Assembly: GCA_018821245.1 (NCBI GenBank)
Contig: JAHJMO010000009.1
Span: 199 to 64,198, forward strand
Source of the DNA: Patescibacteria group bacterium
GTDB taxonomy: Bacteria; Patescibacteriota; Microgenomatia; UBA10105; UBA927
Length of the DNA: 64,000 bases
Direction of reading: 5' to 3'
Made by a program: the position numbers and the translations under genes. A model generated the notes under the pieces. It did not search any database, was not told the origin of the DNA, and saw only the letters and a list, made by a program, of their open reading frames with translations. How positions within the stretch are numbered: position 1 is the first letter of the stretch; every line of letters starts with the position of its first letter. This document shows, one piece after another, positions 59,398-64,000 of this stretch.

Positions 59398-59949
59398 TTA
59401 AAACGGTATATCATCCGGATTTACATCTTCAGACGGTGCTTCCTTGGGAGTATCAGGTGATGCGCCCTCTTCTTCTTTTGCATCTTCATCGCTTTTTTTT
59501 GTCTTTTTCGGACTCGTGTCGTCTGCCTGCTTCTGCTGTGTAACAACAGGGGCTTGACCGGAACCAGAGCCTTCACCGGCTGCATTATCTTCTCCTCCAG
59601 CACTTACCGGACGGCGGGAATCCAAAAGTATCATGTCTTCGATGACTACTTCCGTGGAGCTGCGTTGTGTGCCATCCGCCTGCTGCCAGGCATTTGTGCG
59701 CAGGCGCCCTTCCACATAAATCTTGCGACCCTTTGCCAACAGCTGACTGCATAATTCCGCCAGCTTGTTCCACGAGACAATTCGGTGAAATTCCGTTTCC
59801 TCTTTCTTTTCTCCTGATTCCGTGGTCCAGTAACGATTGGTCGCCAGTCCGATTGTGCATACCGCAGCACCCGACGGCGTGTACCGAAGCTCCGGATCAC
59901 GCGTAAGATTACCGATAAGCTGTACTTTATTCAAACTTCGTGAAGCCAT
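59398..59949 (-). CDS. ssb: Single-stranded DNA-binding protein
   Basis: [25 protein letters not shown]-terminal DDIPF. Confidence 0.97.
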   Translation of the reverse strand: MASRSLNKVQLIGNLTRDPELRYTPSGAAVCTIGLATNRYWTTESGEKKEETEFHRIVSWNKLAELCSQLLAKGRKIYVEGRLRTNAWQQADGTQRSSTEVVIEDMILLDSRRPVSAGGEDNAAGEGSGSGQAPVVTQQKQADDTSPKKTKKSDEDAKEEEGASPDTPKEAPSEDVNPDDIPF

Positions 59950-59985
59950 AATTTACATAAATTCTACATCCTAAGCGCAAATTGT

Positions 59986-60300
59986 TTAGTTTTTGTGCTT
60001 AGTGTTAGAATTCCCTCCCTCCTTTTTTATCACTATATACCGAAGAATTTCGTCGTTTACTCTGGTGAGCTTCTCCAGTGCTGCCACGTGAAGCGTCTCT
60101 GCCTCTAGTGTACAAACAACATATACTGCTTCTGTGGTTTTTTTGATAGGGTATGCTAATGGCTTTTTTCCTAAAATATTCACGTCCCTGACGGTAACCC
60201 CATCCGCCGGAATAATTTTTTTCAATAGTTGTTCGTATGTTTTTACCTCGTCAGCATCATTACCCGAACGCACAACCAGCATTAGTTCATACAGCCTCAT
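59986..60300 (-). CDS. rpsF: 30S ribosomal protein S6
   Basis: MRLYELM, GKKPLAYPIKK, ILRY; rpsF-ssb-rpsR order. Confidence 0.92.
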   Translation of the reverse strand: MRLYELMLVVRSGNDADEVKTYEQLLKKIIPADGVTVRDVNILGKKPLAYPIKKTTEAVYVVCTLEAETLHVAALEKLTRVNDEILRYIVIKKEGGNSNTKHKN

Positions 60301-60356
60301 AATGCCTTTGATCATACCATGTCAAACACCCGCTAGCAAGAGAGAAGCAGGGGACT

Positions 60357-61442
60357 TTATGTACCAATTTTAAACTCTATAACGTCCCCGTCTTGTATTT
60401 GATACCCCCTGCCTTCGCTTCGCACTTCTCCCTCTTCCCGGCATTTCTGCCAACCCATAAGAGAAACGAAATCGGAAAAGTCAACCACATCGGCTTTGAT
60501 AAACTTTTTTTCAAAATCCGTATGAATTACACCTGCGGCTTGCAATGCTTGTACTCCGCGCTCAACGGTCCAAGCCCGCACTTCCTTGACCCTTGCTGTA
60601 AGAAAAGAAATAAGTCCGAGCATCTCATACGCCTTCTGGATCATACGATCCAGTGCGGCTACTGACAGCCCTAATTCCTGTAAATATTCCTTTTGTTCAT
60701 TTTCCGGGAGACTTGCCAGTTCAAATTCTGTTTTGGCGCACACCGTAATGGCGGGCTGTAATTGTTCTATTGTTACATTGTTATTTCCCTGTTCAGTCAT
60801 CTGGAGTTCGGAGACGTTTGCGACATAAAGTACTGGTTTCATGGTTAATAGGTTTAATTCGCGCAGGAGTTTGCGCTCGTCGGGGTCGGTGATGATGGCG
60901 CTGGCGGGGTTGCCAGCGTTCAATCCTTCCTTTAGCTTCCTAATGACTTCCCATCCGGCTCTCTCCTCTTTGGTCGTGTTCATCTTGGGCTCAATTTGCT
61001 TATTGATGGTCTGGAGATCAGCAAGGATGAGTTCCGTCTCAATGATTTCCTTATCGCGCAACACATCAACTTCGCCTGCGACATGGACGACCGATGGGTC
61101 TTCGAAGAACCGAAGCACGTTGACGATAAGGTGTACTTCGCGAATGTGGGAAAGAAACTTATTTCCCAGCCCTTCTCCCTGTGAGGCGCCTTTGACAAGA
61201 CCCGCTATGTCGACAAATTCAACAACTGCAGGAACTATCGGAGGCTTTGTGCCTTCGGTCGCTTCCACAACTTTCGCAAGATCCTCAAGCCGTGCGTCCG
61301 GCACGGGAACCACGCCGATATTGGGCTCAATCGTACAAAACGGATACGGAGCAACATCCGCAACCTGCTTTTTCAAAAGCGCATTAAATAAAGTAGATTT
61401 ACCAGCGTTGGGTAGGCCAATAATTCCAACTTTGAGATTCAT
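60357..61442 (-). CDS. ychF: Ribosome-binding ATPase YchF
   Basis: GLPNAGKST, YPFCTIEPN, DIAGLVKGASQGEGLGNKFL, EVRAWT, AGVIHTDF, TGS domain. Confidence 0.96.
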   Translation of the reverse strand: MNLKVGIIGLPNAGKSTLFNALLKKQVADVAPYPFCTIEPNIGVVPVPDARLEDLAKVVEATEGTKPPIVPAVVEFVDIAGLVKGASQGEGLGNKFLSHIREVHLIVNVLRFFEDPSVVHVAGEVDVLRDKEIIETELILADLQTINKQIEPKMNTTKEERAGWEVIRKLKEGLNAGNPASAIITDPDERKLLRELNLLTMKPVLYVANVSELQMTEQGNNNVTIEQLQPAITVCAKTEFELASLPENEQKEYLQELGLSVAALDRMIQKAYEMLGLISFLTARVKEVRAWTVERGVQALQAAGVIHTDFEKKFIKADVVDFSDFVSLMGWQKCREEGEVRSEGRGYQIQDGDVIEFKIGT

Positions 61443-61490
61443 GAGGCTAATTATATCAGAGAAATTTCTGTTTTGTAAGGAAAGACTGGG

Positions 61491-61515
61491 AAAATCGAGG
61501 CCAGGCCTTGATTTT
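61491..61515. repeat. Intergenic copy of the AAGGCCNGGCCTT palindrome
   Basis: AAAATCGAGGCCAGGCCTTGATTTT; 18 bp are the exact reverse complement of 52676-52693. Confidence 0.75.
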
Positions 61516-61543
61516 CGTGCTGTACTGGTACAATACTATAGAC

Positions 61544-62074
61544 ATGAAACAACGCATTTTTCTGGCGACTACGTTACCGGGTACGTTGAAACGGTCAATT
61601 GCCCGGTGGCAGCAAAACCATCGTGATTTACCGGTACGATTTATTGCGCCCAAAAACCTCCACCTCACTTTAGTCCCGCCATGGTATGGCAACGCAAAAA
61701 AAGTGATGAAGCTATTGAAAACGTACATACCGGCAGCGAAACCTTTCCTTGTGAAATTCAATCGTATAGTCCCCGGTCCTACGCTTACTCGCCCACGGCT
61801 CATCTGGATAGAAGGAAAAGCAAGCAAACAAGCGGGGATGTTGAAAAAAGAACTGGAACAATTACTGAAAGTAAAAGCAGAAAAGCGGGCATTTGTACCC
61901 CACATTACTATTGCCCGAACAAAACCAAAGGATAAAAACTCTTTATGCGGGGGCTGTATAGCTGAACCGGTTAGTTGGTCAATTCAGATCGCGTCTTTTT
62001 CTCTTCTGGCGTCGCACCTCTCGCCAAAGGGAGCTAGCTATGAAGTATTGGCCACCTTCCCGTTTGTCGTTTGA
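61544..62074 (+). CDS. thpR: RNA 2',3'-cyclic phosphodiesterase (2H family)
   Basis: RIFLA, NLHLTL and PHITIAR HxT motifs, PRLIW, SHL...G..Y. Confidence 0.88.
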   Translation: MKQRIFLATTLPGTLKRSIARWQQNHRDLPVRFIAPKNLHLTLVPPWYGNAKKVMKLLKTYIPAAKPFLVKFNRIVPGPTLTRPRLIWIEGKASKQAGMLKKELEQLLKVKAEKRAFVPHITIARTKPKDKNSLCGGCIAEPVSWSIQIASFSLLASHLSPKGASYEVLATFPFVV

Positions 62075-62089
62075 GAAACTGTGCAATTT

Positions 62090-63760
62090 TCAATTAGTGC
62101 GATTTTCTTTTTGAATACGTTTTATTTCATCATAAATAACCACAGCATTTGATGGTTTGCCAAGTTGTATTTCTACTTCCGCAAGAAGCGACCAAAGACG
62201 CAGGTTTGTCGGAAATAGTTGTATGCCTTCCTGAAGTATTTTTTTAGACTCTTGCGGATTGTTTTTTTTAAGATTCGTGGCAAGGTTGTAATACGGTTCA
62301 AATTGCTTTTTGTCTAATGCAAGTGCCTGGTAATAGTATTCTATGCTCTTTTCATTTTGTCCGATTTTATTATATAAAGATCCAAGATTATTCAGCGCGC
62401 GGGTTGTAGGAAAAAAAGAAATTGAGCGCACATAATGAGCAATGGCTTCTTCGTTTTGGTTTTTGAGCAGATATTCACCCGCAATAAGATTTTCAAGATC
62501 ATAATTCGTGTGAACGTCAGAATCATGGAGATAAAGCGTGAGATTGTCTTTCCAGTTTTGTATTCGTACGATCGATCTCATGGACAGCGTGATGAATATA
62601 ATACAGAAAAAAGTATATAAAATTTTGGAGGAAATCTTATTTTGAATATGGATAAACAATAACCCCATGACTCCTAAAATCCCGATACTTGAAGCATAAA
62701 ACCATCGGTCTGCAACTGTCATATCCAATGGGATAATGTGCAGGTGTAAGATAAGCGATATAGTCAACCAGCTCATAAACAATATGTATGCCCGTTGCTC
62801 CTTTTTGTCTTTCCTGCATAATCGACTAACTAAAATAAGCAATAGGATTACAATGGCGTCAATTATGAAAGGAATATAAAAATTAGACATTGTTGGAGTA
62901 GTAATAAGCCAATGCTGATCGATAGAAAGGTGTATTGGAAAGAAAAAAGTTTGAAAATAATATAACAGTATTTTTGGTACGCTTAATAAGCGTATTAATA
63001 AAGATTTTGACATGATAGCCGAAGGCAAAAGCTGAATGTCATAAACGTTATGTGCTGCAATAAAACGTAAAATAAGGTACGTGACAAACGCAATAAGCGA
63101 GGTTAAGAGAGCCTTATTAATTCGCTCCCTTTTCTCTAATAAGATGAAAAGAGGAAAAAGTAGTATAAAAACAACACCGGTTTCTTTTGATAACAAAGAC
63201 AGAAGTAAACACAAGCTTGATAATATAAGAAAAACTTTGTTAGAGCGCATGAATGTAGTTCGAAGCGCCAATAATCCGAAAAACAGATAAAGCGTGTCCT
63301 GCAGTGCTGCTGTATAAATAGATGCCTCTAAATTTATCGGGTGGATGAGAAAAACAACAGAAAGAAAAAAAGCAAGTATTTTGGGAAAAAAGAGAAGAAA
63401 CAAAGAATAGACAAGGAAAGCACATGCGCTATGAATAATAAGTTGAAACGCATGATACGCTAATGGTGAAACACCAAAAAAAATATAGACTATTTTATAG
63501 ACAATATGAGCGAAAGGTTTGTAATAAAAATTAAAAAAACCTATCGCGGCATGCTGAAAGGGAAAACCTTTTACGAGCAGATTTGGGATGGATTTGTTGG
63601 AAAGAATTGGCATATACGTCATAACAAGCGCCGTATCATCCCAAACAAACCCATTTCTTAAACTTCCACCAAGGACACAAAAACCAATCAATAATAGTAT
63701 TAGAAGCGGATAGATACGAGACATCTTAGGGAACATCAAGTTGAAGCTCTTTCTTTTCAT
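62090..63760 (-). CDS. TMTC-like GT-C membrane protein with C-terminal TPRs
   Basis: GFVWDD, FLIHP, LLSKE, ADRWFY, WKDN..L, TPR helices; AT-rich. Confidence 0.8.
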   Translation of the reverse strand: MKRKSFNLMFPKMSRIYPLLILLLIGFCVLGGSLRNGFVWDDTALVMTYMPILSNKSIPNLLVKGFPFQHAAIGFFNFYYKPFAHIVYKIVYIFFGVSPLAYHAFQLIIHSACAFLVYSLFLLFFPKILAFFLSVVFLIHPINLEASIYTAALQDTLYLFFGLLALRTTFMRSNKVFLILSSLCLLLSLLSKETGVVFILLFPLFILLEKRERINKALLTSLIAFVTYLILRFIAAHNVYDIQLLPSAIMSKSLLIRLLSVPKILLYYFQTFFFPIHLSIDQHWLITTPTMSNFYIPFIIDAIVILLLILVSRLCRKDKKEQRAYILFMSWLTISLILHLHIIPLDMTVADRWFYASSIGILGVMGLLFIHIQNKISSKILYTFFCIIFITLSMRSIVRIQNWKDNLTLYLHDSDVHTNYDLENLIAGEYLLKNQNEEAIAHYVRSISFFPTTRALNNLGSLYNKIGQNEKSIEYYYQALALDKKQFEPYYNLATNLKKNNPQESKKILQEGIQLFPTNLRLWSLLAEVEIQLGKPSNAVVIYDEIKRIQKENRTN

Positions 63761-63836
63761 ACAATAAGTATCAACAGGTTACCTGGATCGTATCATATTG
63801 AGATACAACAATACTGTACAATCCTTACCGTCATAC

Positions 63837-63865
63837 TTGACTTATTGCAACTGATTTGCAATAAT
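63837..63865 (+). promoter_or_regulatory. Promoter overlapped by a Fur-family-type palindrome
   Basis: TTGACT-N17-AATAAT; TTATTGCAA-CTGAT-TTGCAATAA (63842-63864). Confidence 0.65.
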
Positions 63866-63877
63866 TCCGCAAGAGAT

Positions 63878-64000
63878 ATGACCAATGTTTCCCACATACT
63901 CCGAAAGACGGGGCATCGACTCACTAAACAACGGCAGCAGATTTTGCGCGCGCTAACCTGCCGGCCACAAAGTGTTGAAGAGATCAAGTCAGCTCTTCTC
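63878..64000 (+). CDS. Fur-family transcriptional regulator, N-terminal part (runs off the window)
   Basis: MTNVSHILRKTGHRLTKQRQQILRAL...PQSVEEI, matching the G.R.T.QR..IL Fur start. Confidence 0.78.
   Translation, partial: MTNVSHILRKTGHRLTKQRQQILRALTCRPQSVEEIKSALL

Noticed and set aside
60570-60610. YchF FLTARVKEVRAWT, with Arg where Gly is usual
   Set aside because: A single substitution that could be a variant or a sequencing error; the frame is intact
60841-61905. Long shadow ORFs opposite ychF and thpR, and similar ones opposite hppA, gyrA, gyrB and htrA
   Set aside because: Antisense or alternate-frame shadows of well-conserved genes with no independent signal

Overview
Gene-dense bacterial chromosome segment read in standard code 11, with all three stop codons in use. 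Gene content and style point to a Patescibacteria/CPR organism, probably Microgenomates (inference): housekeeping operons lacking rimM/plsX/acpP, a type IV pilus locus without a secretin, a release factor lacking domain 1, and many leaderless genes. Gene order: recG-rpmF-nusB-rnc-rpsP-khpA-trmD; a ~15 kb type IV pilus locus (pilB, pilT, pilC, major pilin, pilD, six minor/pseudopilins, pilM/N/O) interrupted by two GT-C-type membrane proteins; holB-gyrB-hppA-gyrA; a TrpR/YerC-like regulator; folD; a C39 peptidase; a Xer recombinase; a ~1 kb ORF-poor region; yebC; an AT-rich signalling islet; a CPA2 antiporter, rluA, dksA-like, lgt, MFS, pepA, tRNA-Leu(CAA), dnaB; a second TrpR/YerC-like regulator followed by histidine ammonia-lyase, EamA, an M24 peptidase, hisS and a DMT transporter; rpmE, short prfA, htrA, ctpA, rpsR-ssb-rpsF, ychF, thpR, a TMTC-like gene and the start of a Fur-family gene. 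The most notable unannotated signals are four. (1) A candidate histidine control system at hutH: an 8-bp-periodic TrpR-type operator over the promoter, a leaderless His-His leader peptide, and alternative hairpins over the ribosome-binding site. (2) dif-like 11-6-11 sites with arrays of half-sites around the xer gene, one array translated in frame inside folD. (3) A TMEM260-like glycosyltransferase coupled to the major pilin. (4) CCNGG-centred 13-bp palindromes and 7/8-bp tandem repeats inside coding sequences. No CRISPR array, rRNA, transposase or prophage was seen. All calls are by eye from motifs; no database search or folding computation was run.
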